Shown: positions 38,903-50,301 of the stretch, piece by piece
Numbering within the stretch: position 1 is the first letter of the stretch
Layout of the letters: each line of letters begins with the position of its first letter
Assembly (NCBI GenBank): GCA_030704615.1
Contig: CM060731.1
Span: forward strand, 22,072,001-22,136,000
Direction of reading: 5' to 3'
Length of the DNA: 64,000 nucleotides
Origin: Takakia lepidozioides
Lineage: Eukaryota; Plantae; Bryophyta
The notes under the pieces: model-generated
Databases searched by the model: none
The model's input: only the letters and a program-made list of their open reading frames with translations
Told to the model about the DNA's origin: nothing
Position numbers and translations under genes: made by a program

Positions 38903-40069
38903 CTACATCTTTTACCTTCTCATCTTGGAATACTAGACACAACCCCAAGTAGTTGAAGTGGCCGCAACAGTTTGTGCAATCCTTGCCAACGCAGATTTCT
39001 CAGCGCTCCAGAATTTTCCTTTTCCAACTCAACTTTCAGTATTTGCCTCATCTGAAATTCACTTCATTATGTACTTGGAATATTCTGAGAAACCTGCCAC
39101 AACATTGATCCTCCCATGAAAGTTGCATGCACTGTGCACTTCAACTGGAGTATTATTGTAATAGCTTTATGTGTAGATTGTTGATAAGTTTGAATTGATA
39201 AATAATCCACATGATGTATTTAGACATTTTTTATCAAACAAATTGGAATAAAAGATACATTCAAAGATGTTGGCATTCATATTTAGAAGCGCGCAGCTGA
39301 GTACAAAGTAAGCCAAAGAGAACTAAATCCCTGAAAAGAGTTATCCCCTTGCGCTCTCATTTTTGGAATATTTTTTCTGAATGTTGCTATAAGCTCAAAT
39401 TAGAGATGTGAAGCATACCGAAAAGAAGAAAATGGGTCGGTCAAGCCTGGGGGCAAGAACCTGCTTATGTTCACCAGCCTTCTTTCTTAACAGGGTGAGC
39501 TAGAGCTGAAAAACTTCATAATAACTAACCTCACCTAATCTCCAACCCTGGCCACTACTATGCTTATGGTACGACTGAAGTCTCGCATTGAATCAGCAGA
39601 GAATTGGAAGCACGCAAGAGTAGAAACTAGGGTACAAGTTCTGGGAAGCATAAAACGACTGTAAATGATTGCTGTTGGCGATGCTCATCATCCTATCATT
39701 ACCAATACTAAAACCAACCGATATTTGACATCCCTGTTCATCAAAACCTGTTTGGATTCGGAGGAACCGTCAATGCTGAGGTTCGCTGGGAGACGAGACC
39801 AGCACTCGCCACTCGCATCCACCGTACCCTGCGGATGTCCGAACGACAGGAGAACCAGACCCCACCAGAACTCCCCCCCCCTTGCACCAACTCACAGATG
39901 TTTGAGGAACGCAACAACTTTGATCACTTTTTCAGGGACCAAACTAGCATGGAAACAGGGGTACATATTTTCATCATTGTCATTTCTTCGCATACTGCAA
40001 ATCAGATGCGGCAAGCAGAGCAGCCCCAATTCCCGAGGGAGTTGGGGCGGAACAAAAGGAAGAGAGAGG

Positions 40070-40135
40070 ATGATCCATGAGATCAAATCTGTCTTGGGCA
40101 TCATATCAAACACGCGGCGTGCAAATACCACACTC
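40070..40135 (-). pseudogene. Single PPR motif fragment
   Basis: ECG..ARRVFDMMPKTDLISW. Confidence 0.65.
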
Positions 40136-40399
40136 CAAAAACTGTATCCAGTAGAACAACCTTACCTCCGAACCATCTCGAAGAGTGGTGAGCAGACCTG
40201 GCGCAGTAGCTGCCTGAAGAAAGCCCCCTCTCAGTGTCTTGCAATCATCCACCAGCACGGCCATCATCGAAATCTGCCCCCTTGCTGGCATCCGCCCTCT
40301 TTTTGTGTCTTCCCAGCTCATGCAAAAGCAGTCCCTTTGCAATATATAACAACAATTTGACATGAAGTGGATTCTTAACTGACAAAATAATCAGAAGAA

Positions 40400-41172
40400 C
40401 TGAAAGCCAGAATACTCACCAATAGAACCCAATTATAAAAGACATTTTTTTGAAACGCAGATCCAAAAGTGAAGACAAATGCTGCTGTGATGAACTGAAA
40501 GTACATCACCAAAAAAATAATAGTTGACTCCCAATTATCTCCAGGGATCCACCAGCTTGCTCCATGTGAATAGCTGCATGGAAACACCCAAATGAAAGAC
40601 GTCAACAAATCATTCATACACATTACTGGAAGTGCAACTTTCATGAGCACAATCTCCAGAAACATGTTTTTAGGAGTGTGATGAGCCACACCCCTACCAC
40701 TGATGCCACATTCAATGGCCCCAATAGACTCATTGTCGGTCGCACCTGCAACTCATTCCCATCCCACCATCATCTGTGACCTCAGTGTAAACCATTTGTC
40801 ACAAGCTTATATCCGGGTATATTGGTCTGTGTTAAACATGCCTGAACTGGTAGTCATGTGTACAAACAATCACCACAAAACTTTGCATTAAACCTACTGT
40901 GAAAACTGCCTTGGTGTGTCTTTGTTGACGGATGACTTTAATGATGCACATTGGGTGGTTGATCAATACAGAGCTTCCAATCAAAGTCATTCTGTAGGAA
41001 CTTGTACATCCTGAGCCCCAAAGCTTAACAACTAACCAACTTCATGATGAAAGAGACCAGACTTGCCCAGGTTGTCTTCTGGGTAACTTAAAGTCATAGC
41101 ATAACCCAGACTTAACACTGCCACTCCATCGATAAAAATGTAATCCATTTGGCAAAGGATGAGGCCATACCT
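40400..41172 (-). pseudogene. P5 (P5B-like) ATPase C-terminal membrane exons
   Basis: YGLILCQMDYIFIDGVAVLSLGYAMTLSYPED (~41070-41170) and WWIPGDNWESTIIFLVMYFQFITAAFVFTFGSAFQKNVFYN. Confidence 0.7.
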
Positions 41173-41229
41173 GCAAAACATGCCGTCAACGGGTTGAGAG
41201 GAGCATCACTAACTCCAGGACTGGAAACT

Positions 41230-42065
41230 TACCCACACACCAGGGTGGAGTCTATCAATGTGGCTCTTATTGTCAAAAACTAAAGGTAGGTGGTGCAACT
41301 CTCCCCCTATGACCTGTTCGATGGCTCTAGAAAGAGGCTATGCTGGTAGTGGCTGCATTTCTTAGCTCCTGGCTTGTCATCGGCCCCACATCTGCCTTGG
41401 TTTCCATTCCTACAATGGTATATAAACAGCCAAATGATATTGCAGACATTGGTGAAAACCCCGTGTGGTAACCTCAATGTATTAACAAACTATTTTATGT
41501 AGATTGTTTGCTAACTTCCTTGCACAGTGGCATACCTCAAGAGATTGGAGACAGCAGTCTGATCGTCCCAAAGCACTAGCGGTAGGGAGTCGCCAGCATC
41601 ATCACATAGTGTCATGAGTTGCTGCTTCACATGGTTCCGCTGCCCTTGCATCTCCACCTCCCCTTTCTTATCCAACCTGCCCATGTTCACCTCTCTTATT
41701 CTCTGCCGAGCATATATGTAGCACACAACTCACATCCAAATGCTCAAGCCACCCCATCTTCTTCATACTCCATCAATCCAGAGCTCAAAACCGAGGCACT
41801 GTAGTCTGTACAATCTCCAAAGATGACCAGAGACAAGCTTGAAATAGCTTGAAAGATAGCTTGAAATTCCATGGCAGTGACACAAGCACTCCACACACTT
41901 CGAGTTGGAACCGACTCATAGGGATGAAGAAGAGAACCTAGCATAGAAGCAGTAATCGACGCCATTCTCAACAGACTTGAGCTGGATGCTTGCAAAAGTG
42001 TCGGAATAGAACTTGGCACCCAGCAGCACAGCATCATCCTCTTGCTCCTGTTCAATATATGAGCT
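41230..42065 (-). pseudogene. OB-fold protein fragment (CDC24_OB-type plant nucleic-acid-binding protein)
   Basis: EQEDDAVLLGAKFYSDTFASIQLKSVENGVDYCFYAR and KQQLMTLCDDAGDSLPLVLWDDQTAVSNLL exons. Confidence 0.65.
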
Positions 42066-42789
42066 CCTCCCCATTAACTGCCTTTATCACAGCTCAAGCA
42101 GGCTTACCTGCCTTCCCTTCAAAGAACCAGGACGATACCTGCATGACTAAGTTGGGGATATGCGATAAGGAGCTTGATTTACTGAAAAATAGATACACTG
42201 TATTGGAAGCAATAACAGGGCTGACTTAGCACTGTGGAGAACCTTGTCTTGTCTCTTAGCCCTCTACAGAGTATAATACACATCCATGCACACAGAACCT
42301 TGACATGAGTATTATTGACCAGTACCAGTGTGTACACCTCTCATTGTTGACATGCATTTAGCCTTACATGGATGTCCCTTGAAATATACAGGTAGTATTG
42401 GCGCACATTCTGTGAGCACACTATTTCTTGGAATTAGAAAAAAAGGCTGTCAAGCATTGTTGCAGAGATGGCATAGCAGGGCAGATTCTGGAGAATCCTC
42501 CCCCCTTTGCCCCTCCCGCTTTCTCACCTGGTATCCACCCCGGTCTTTACATACTAGATCCACACCCCCACAGAGCTCATGAAACATGATGCTACAACTC
42601 AAAATACATCATTTCTTTCCATTGTGAGGAGCCTAGGATTGCCCCTCATCCGAATTCTGGTTGTGTGATAGCACTATCTCTAAGCTACCATAAAGTGACT
42701 TCCTCATTCAATCTAGCATATGTAAAGGTGAGTTAGTGTTTGGCTCAAGTGCTTTGCTGTGAGGGCAAGGACTCGGTGCTAAGAGGGCA

Positions 42790-43470
42790 AGGAGTGATGT
42801 ACTGAGCATCTTCGTTGCCCTTGCGGTGGAGAACGCCCTGCGACCCATGACGTCGTCTGGGATGCAGCTGCCGGTTCGCGATGTTGGAACAAGTGCACGT
42901 ACTCCCATCCACCGGCGATCCCCATTCCACACGACCCGACGGGTTGACATTGTTCTCTCACATACGAATTGCGTACATTGGCGGGACGTTGTCATCGTTG
43001 ATCCTATTAGGTTGGATCTCTCTCCGCATAGCCATTACAGGGAGTTGTTGCTTTTGTAGCTTGCGCAGGGAAAGGGAAAGGAGCGGCGACACTCCACATA
43101 CACCTTCCTTTGACAGTCGAGATCTTTGGTTGTTTGCATCATCAGTTCAACGACTTCCCTTGGAAGCCCATACGCCTCTCTGTTCTTGTAGCTTTCTTTA
43201 GACAACGAGCTGTTGCTATGCAAAAGGCTCGGGCTCAATCTATTTTACGTCGGGCAGAGGTTGCTGGGGCGGCTTCATCTCGCCTTCCGGCACTTTCTGA
43301 TCCATCCCGTTTCCTGTTGTCTGACCTTCTTCAGGCCGTAGGTGATATTAGAATAGTTTGATTTCTTTCTTTGTGTCAATATATCTAGCTCTACGAGGTT
43401 TGGTTTTTCCCTCATGGGGACAGTTTACTTGTACCCATTTGTACAGTCACCCCACTTGGGTCATTTTATA
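42790..43470 (+). mobile_element. 3' fragment of a CRE-like non-LTR retrotransposon (Zn finger + restriction-like endonuclease)
   Basis: HLRCPCGGERPATHD, EQVHVLP, RRVDIVL, DVVIVDP, VEIFGCLH, RQR.VAMQKARAQSILRRA. Confidence 0.8.
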
Positions 43471-44187
43471 AAGCTATGCAGGTTGACTTCTACTGAGCAG
43501 TCCTGACTCATTCCTTTCTAGATTCTAGATTCTTGACTGCTAGTTGCTTGCACATAAATGCTTAAAGATGATATTTTCATCCAAATGTGACTTTCTACAT
43601 CCATATTGTACATGGTTCAGGGTTCCAATGTGCCCTAATTGGCTCCCTTCTCTCTCTCGTCGTTTTCTCCTTCCCCAAGCCCTTGATGAATTAACCAAAC
43701 CTTTCACAGATCGAAGACCTCCAGACCTGCACCAGAAAAATCATTCTTCATCTTTGCATGGCTTTGTGACTGAGTTACAACGTCACTGGTGTCTGCCTGT
43801 GTGGTTGAAGAGGACTGAGAAGCGAACAGGCCAGCGAGTGATGAAACTTGGTCTCTTGTGCCTCTTGCAGATGACACTCCACTCTTCATCTTTGCAATTT
43901 TTCTGACTGTCTGATGGCGTCACTAATGTCTGATTGTAGGTGTGAAGAGCAGAAACTGTACTTTTCACCTGTGACGACTTGCACTTCTGCTGTACCAGAC
44001 ATAGTTTGTGACAGATGCTCAGCAGCTCCAGTCTTCTTCTTCTGAGCAACTTTTCTCTTCTTTGCAGGGCTCGGTGACGGATTCATGATATCACGAATGT
44101 GTACTGCCTGTGAAGACGAATTTGGAGCAGGTCCAGTCTTCTTTTGCCGGGCTTTGCTTACCGAAGTTGCGGTGGATGTAGATAGGA

Positions 44188-45848
44188 ATGGAGGGAGAGA
44201 GGAGGTTACACATGCCTTCCCGGAACATGATACTTGCACCTGGCGCCAGAGTGGAGGTGAGTACGAACGACCCCGGATTCGAAGGGGCGTGGTTTGAGGC
44301 TAGAATTGTTTTTTATGAAGAAGAGAGTCACCGTTGTAGGGTTCGTTACGAGCAGCTGCTTGATGAAAATTACAAGATGTTGGAGGAGTGGGCTGACCCA
44401 GATCTCTTACGACCAATTCCCCCTTCCCTAAACATATTTCAGTGGGAAACTGGTGACCCAGTGGAGGCCCTTGATAACGATGGCTGGTGGGCAGGCAAGG
44501 TGATCTGCAAAATGAATGACGAGCTCTACAAAATCGGATTCGCACAAAACGAAACGTTGGACTTGGTTGTCCCCAAAATTCGCACACGGCAAGATTGGGT
44601 TGATGGTGCATGGTCCATTGCGAGAGGGTCAATCACCAGTCCTTCCAGTGGACCTTGGGAGTCCATGTTTGCATATGGAGGTCAGAAGGGCTACCAAGTG
44701 ATGGATAGTGTGACTGGCTCTAAGGCATTGAAACAGCCCAATGCGAGGAAACAATACAAAAAGAGGATACCCAAAAGGCCCACAGTCAGGAAGGACCAGC
44801 CTGCAAGCAAGCAAAAAAGAAAAGGTACCCTATATTATCACCTTTCTTCTTGTGTGCCATGTGGTGCATCAGTGTTATATCTAATAGTGTTTATAATTCA
44901 TCCATGCCATTCACTGAACCAAAAGTCAACTGATAGACTTTGAAATCAGGTGCAGGACCTGATAGATCACTTGAAAAGAAGCAAAAGGAGACTGTGGATG
45001 CCCTGGAGACAGAGGGGACAAGGGGAACAAAGCATTTGAGTCCCACCTCACCATTGTGTGCACTCAGTTCGTCACCTTCCAACAAGACTGCACAAGGGTT
45101 TAGTAAGCATAGGAGGGACTTTGTGGCTGATTTGGGTGTTTCCAGCAATGGCTCTTCAGCATTGTGTAAGACCTTCTCAGAATTCACAAGAAGCCTCAGT
45201 GCATCACCAGATGGAATTTCCACAGATGCCAACAACACAGACAAGGTAACAAGATTCAATTTCTACTGTACATGGTGCCATCGATTGAGTGATAATCCTT
45301 TTTGGCTTCAAGATGTTCCCATTTAGCTGAATTGCATGCTGTTTAATTGAGCTATTCATGTCAGCGTTTGTAGCATTCGTCAAATTTTTCTTCTTGGAAA
45401 ATGTGGTGGAAAGGTGGAGAAAATCAAGCTTGTTGCACACCTAGGATTTTTGAGGGTTGTGCATGTGCACATGCCTCTCCATGATTTTGAAGAAGCCAAA
45501 AAATCCATTGAAAATATTACAGCTTATCCCACATTGCGAGCAAGCAAACTCGTTGTCCGAGTTGCTCAATAATGCGATAATAGTACTTTCAGATTGAGAT
45601 TTGCTCTAGGGGTTGCAACATCTCTCAAATTGTGGTCTGTTTTTGGGTGGTTTGGATGACAGGCAACACAGTTGGAGCAAGTGGCATATGTTGCAGTTTT
45701 GACGGCCATGCGAGCGCGGTCCAACATGGTTACTTGGAAGGCGCAAGCGTTTCTACTCGACCTACGTGAGGCACTTCACCTCACCAATGAGGACCACCTA
45801 CGTTTGAGTAAGTTACAATTTCTTGACGATAGTGGCTCTGGTATATAA
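44188..45848 (+). CDS. Agenet x2 + ENT protein, copy 2; exons 44188-44824, 44950-45245, 45663-45848
   Basis: Same structure and splice sites as copy 1; frame intact. Confidence 0.88.
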
Positions 45849-46709
45849 TATGTTGGAGAATCCGACAAAGCTTCGCTTGTGTCATATGTTCACAAGCCTA
45901 GGAGATGCTGCACAAGACAGGAGATTGAATGCCCATAATTGATTGGCTTTACCCTGAAAGGTAGTAAGTCCTAGGGGCACCAAAAGGATCCATACTTTTT
46001 ACATCAACCCCACATTTTCTGCTTTGATAGACTTGTGAAAATGGCACAACATATTTTTGAAACAACAGGAGATGGGGGGTTGGTGGTTATTTGACGATGG
46101 ATAGCGCAATGATGATCACTCCTCAGAATGTCAAGTTCAACGTCCCTGTTGCAGTCTACATTGGCAGATATTTCGGCATTTTTTTTTCCTTGTGCCAAAG
46201 TACTCTAATATGGGTCGGTGTACCTCTCTAAGCTTTCATCAAACTTCAAAAGAAGTGTTGTGTTGAACTCTGCAGCAAAGCTCAGGAACCATCATTTTGT
46301 AGCTCATACTTGGAAAGTCCTGAACTGTACCATTGGCATTGTCGTCCCCAATGTTGTATCTGAATACCAAGCTTTTGTTGGTTTCAAGTAGATGGACTCA
46401 GACTCCACAGAAGATGTCCATGTATGTGTGTAAGTTTGTATTATATTTTCCCTATAATTCCAACACGGTCTTAGTGGTGAAAAAAAATGTCAATATCATA
46501 TGATAATTTTTTATATATCACACGTACAAGATTGATATTGTTTTTGGTCATCACCAGCTAATATGACAAGCACACTGATGCACTGGGTGTTTTTAACGCA
46601 CAATCTTTGTGTGGAGGCGCTACGAACCTATGAAAGAACAATTTTCACACGACTACTGTTACAAAAACGTTAGGTCAAAAGTTCGAGATGTCACCATTCG
46701 AAACTGTAA

Positions 46710-49700
46710 GATGGGAATATGCATGGAGGCGGAAGAGGAGCTCCGCGTTCTGCGGTGAGAGGATTGGTTCCTTCGCAATCCTCCGTAGTTTCTCCCCAGG
46801 CAACCCTAAGCCTTGGCCTGCTTTGAGCCCCCAATCATGCCAAGCAGGCTTCCTTAAGCTCTCATATCGCTGGTTCGTAAACAGATTTCCTTCCTAAAGC
46901 AGCAACTGTTGCTAAGGTTAAGATGAATACATCCTTTTCATCCTTTCGGCATGCTTGACGGTCCTTTCCCAAGTCACCTCTAATAACTCTCCTTAAAGCA
47001 CAGCCGCCATGCTCTCAGGCCACTTCCCCAAAACACTTGTCTTCGATCATATCCAATCACCCCCTGTCATCCAAGTAATGAGCACTGCCAATCCCTGCCT
47101 TCAGCCACCAAGTTGTCGCCTTTACTAAATTCATTCCCCCAGCCACATTCCCGTTGGTGCTTCCCCCGTTGATCAGTCTCTGGCATTCGACCTTGCGAGA
47201 GCTCCGCTGATCTTCCTCGAGTCTTCTCCCTTGCGTGAGCCGCTTTGCAGTAATCTGGGTCTTGGGTCAGCTCTCTCTCGCTGGTCCCAGATTCCCATCT
47301 CGTTGTCTGTGGCTCATACCCTTCTTCTACTCTTTCACCTCAATCTTTCCCTCTTCCTCTATGGCACCTTTTCTCAACAAAGCTTTCATCTCTGCTCCAG
47401 CCAGATCGGGGCCTCCAAGGTTCACAGATCCCCGTCGGCTCCACCCCTCGACTGGAACAGGCTTCTTCATAGCACATCAAATTCACTCCATGAGACTCAG
47501 CTCCCATCGTTCAGCTCAGAGACCTCATTCCTCAGTCCACGATGCTTTGGGACTCCCCTCTTTGCCCACCTACCAGGGATCTCATGCAACATGGAACCCA
47601 GACTTCCAGACTTCCGTTCCAGACAGCCCGCCTTCAGACAATTCGGGAGAATCCCTCAGTGATGCGGAGGCCCTGCAACTTGCTATGAAGGAAGATGACC
47701 CGCTAGTTCCAGTGGAGCTCAGCCAGATAGAGTCTGATGTAGAGCACATCGAAACCAAAGGGGTCCTTCTGCACTTCCCAGGCAGACGAGTGAGCAGAAA
47801 TCAAGCAAGGGATTGGGCAATTCGCCATTTTGGAGGATCTGGTGACCTTCTTCATCACTTCTGCCACGCTAGAGGTAATGGATTCTTCTCCATCCTCTTT
47901 CACTCCAAGGAAGCAGCTGATAGAGCACTCGCGTTCAACCCTCAACTGCATGGACTCAACGTCAACATTTTCCCTTGGTCTAAATGCATGTGCAATAGGA
48001 ACGGCAAAATTTGGAGTCCAAGGATCATATCGATCCCTTACTTCCCGATCAATACTTATTCAGCCTTCCTGCGATTGGGAATTTCTTTGGAGCATTTCTT
48101 GGTTGCTTGGTAGTTTTCGATCCTAGTATGTGTCTATCAGCCCTGAGACAGCGACCACAATGGAGGGGAGCAACAATTTCCTCAAGGGCTCATGAGAATG
48201 GTTTTGCCAAGATTGTGGTGCTCATGCCTAATGACAAATTATTACCAGCTTTCATCAGGCTACCTATCGACAATCAGGGCAATTTCTTCTCAGTTAAAGT
48301 GTCCGAGGACACGTCGGCTTTGGCCTGTTATTGTTGTGGAAAATCAGGGCACCGCAAGGCACAATGCCCGTAGGCCAAGAAGAACACAAAGCTCAAAATC
48401 AAGCTGAGCCTGGAAGATCATCACTTATTAAAAAATCTGCTCCAGCCACTATTCCCCGCCACCAGATTCCCCTCAACCATCAACACAACTCCTTCTTTCA
48501 CCCTATCCCTCTGCAGGATGCTAGCCTGCTGCAGGCGAAAGTTCATTCCTACCAACAATGAGACTCAGCGGTCAACCAGATTTCAACCTCCCCACCTGCG
48601 AAGAAAAGGAGACAAATCATCGACCCCATGATTGTGGAAGCTACCTCAGCATCGGCTTCTAAAGTAAGGAAAGGCTTAGGACCACTCAACCCAGAATTCG
48701 AGGCGGCAAGTATCCAAGGCTCATCTTCATCAAGCATTCTCAAAGCACATCTTCCAGCATCCCTTCCAGAGGCACCAACCCCACTCCCAATACCCCAAAT
48801 CATCTCTTGGGAATTAGAACAGGCGAAAGGCAAGGGGAAAGTATGCCCCAACATCCACATCAGGCCTCCAGTCGACCAGGTTCTAGCACAGCTTCCCCTG
48901 GCACACAACCCAACGATAGCAAAAATCTGTGCCACTCTTGGCTCCTTCCCTAACCTACCACTAGCAGGTTGTTCACAGCTATCATCTAAGGGGGAGCCGG
49001 CTGCCACTTGCCTTACCCCACTGATCTTCAGAAGGAATCCCAATCCAGCATTTCTCGTCACTGCTAGGGACAACATGAGCTTTGACTCTATTTGGATCTC
49101 AATGCAAGACATTCAATCCTTCCTGTCCAAATGCCCTATGGACAATTCCCCCATTCCCACCTTATGCAACAAAATTCATGCTTATCTAAAAAACAACCTC
49201 CCCCTCTACTCTCTTCTCCCTCACTCTTTGGTCACCTGGGGCTCTTACATAGAAGCCTTCCCTGGCTTGCGTCAGGACCTTTCTCCCAATACCAATATAT
49301 TGGCTCTAATGGATGAGGATCTCCTAAACTCCAGCGGTAACACTGTTCCAGGAGTCTGGGCTGAGCAGGATCACTTTGTCGGTCCTTGCATCCCAAGCAA
49401 GGCCCTGACCAGAGCCAAAGACACCTTAGGCAACGCGCTCACGGTTCTCAATGCCATACTGGATCCAAAGGCTCTCTGTCAACCTCCAGCTCCTCCGAAC
49501 TGCAGATCTCGCAATTCTTCACGCAGCACTCACCGGTGGTTTCACAACAGCCCTTCAAGCCCTGCCTCCAGGTGTCATCTCAACTGCCTTCCCCAACGCC
49601 TGCACCCTTCTCTTCTCCATCTGACCTTTGGCGACCAAGAAACCAGAGCGTTTGCCAGCACTCATCACTACTGTCAGGGCTACCTGGGGTCACAATGGGC

Positions 49701-50301
49701 TCATTTGCACATGCTCCAGTGACCTCACCTGTCTTTGGGCAGACAAAATTCCACATTCATGGGAGGGACACAGAAATCCCTCTTCAACCTCCCCTGAATT
49801 TGACAGATCCGAGATCAACTGGAAGCACGCTCGATCGTCTTCAGCAGCAAGGCTCCACTTCCATCGCTAGGATTTCTTCGTTGCATGCTACACCACCTCT
49901 TGACTGCCCTGCCTCGCCTCTTATCCCGCTGCACGCCGTTCCGTTCTCCCTCACTCATCACCATAGGGCTCCAACCCTTATTTCCCTCAGGTCTTAGTTA
50001 AGTCCACGTTCAACTCGACGTGGCTTTTGTCTCTCCCTCAAACGGTTGTAACTCCGCTTTATTAAGAGTGTTAACTCTATATTTTAGGCCATACGCCTCT
50101 GATTTTAGGTGGTGGTCACTAGCCCAGGAAAAGGGCTCTCAGATACTGTTCTCAGGCATCCGGCACGGTCTCCGTGCGATCAGCCTCATGGCAGCCTTGT
50201 GGCACTCTAAGGGTTTTTATTTTTTCCCTTCAATAATCCCAAATAAAGCTTCCAGTGCCAGACCCCTGTTCTCAAAAAAAAAAAAAAAAAAAAAAAAAAA
50301 A
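46710..50301 (+). mobile_element. Non-autonomous ORF1-only LINE derivative with poly(A) and TSD
   Basis: TSD AAACTGTAA at 46701-46709 and 50299-50307; AATAAA at 50242; A-tract 50274-50301. ORF1 RRM (GNGFFSILFHSKEAADRAL...IFPWS) and knuckle CYCCGKSGHRKAQC. No EN or RT motifs. Confidence 0.85.

Noticed and set aside
38330-39300. Minus-strand ORFs convergent with the Agenet-ENT gene
   Set aside because: Fragmented by stops, with no identifiable domain.
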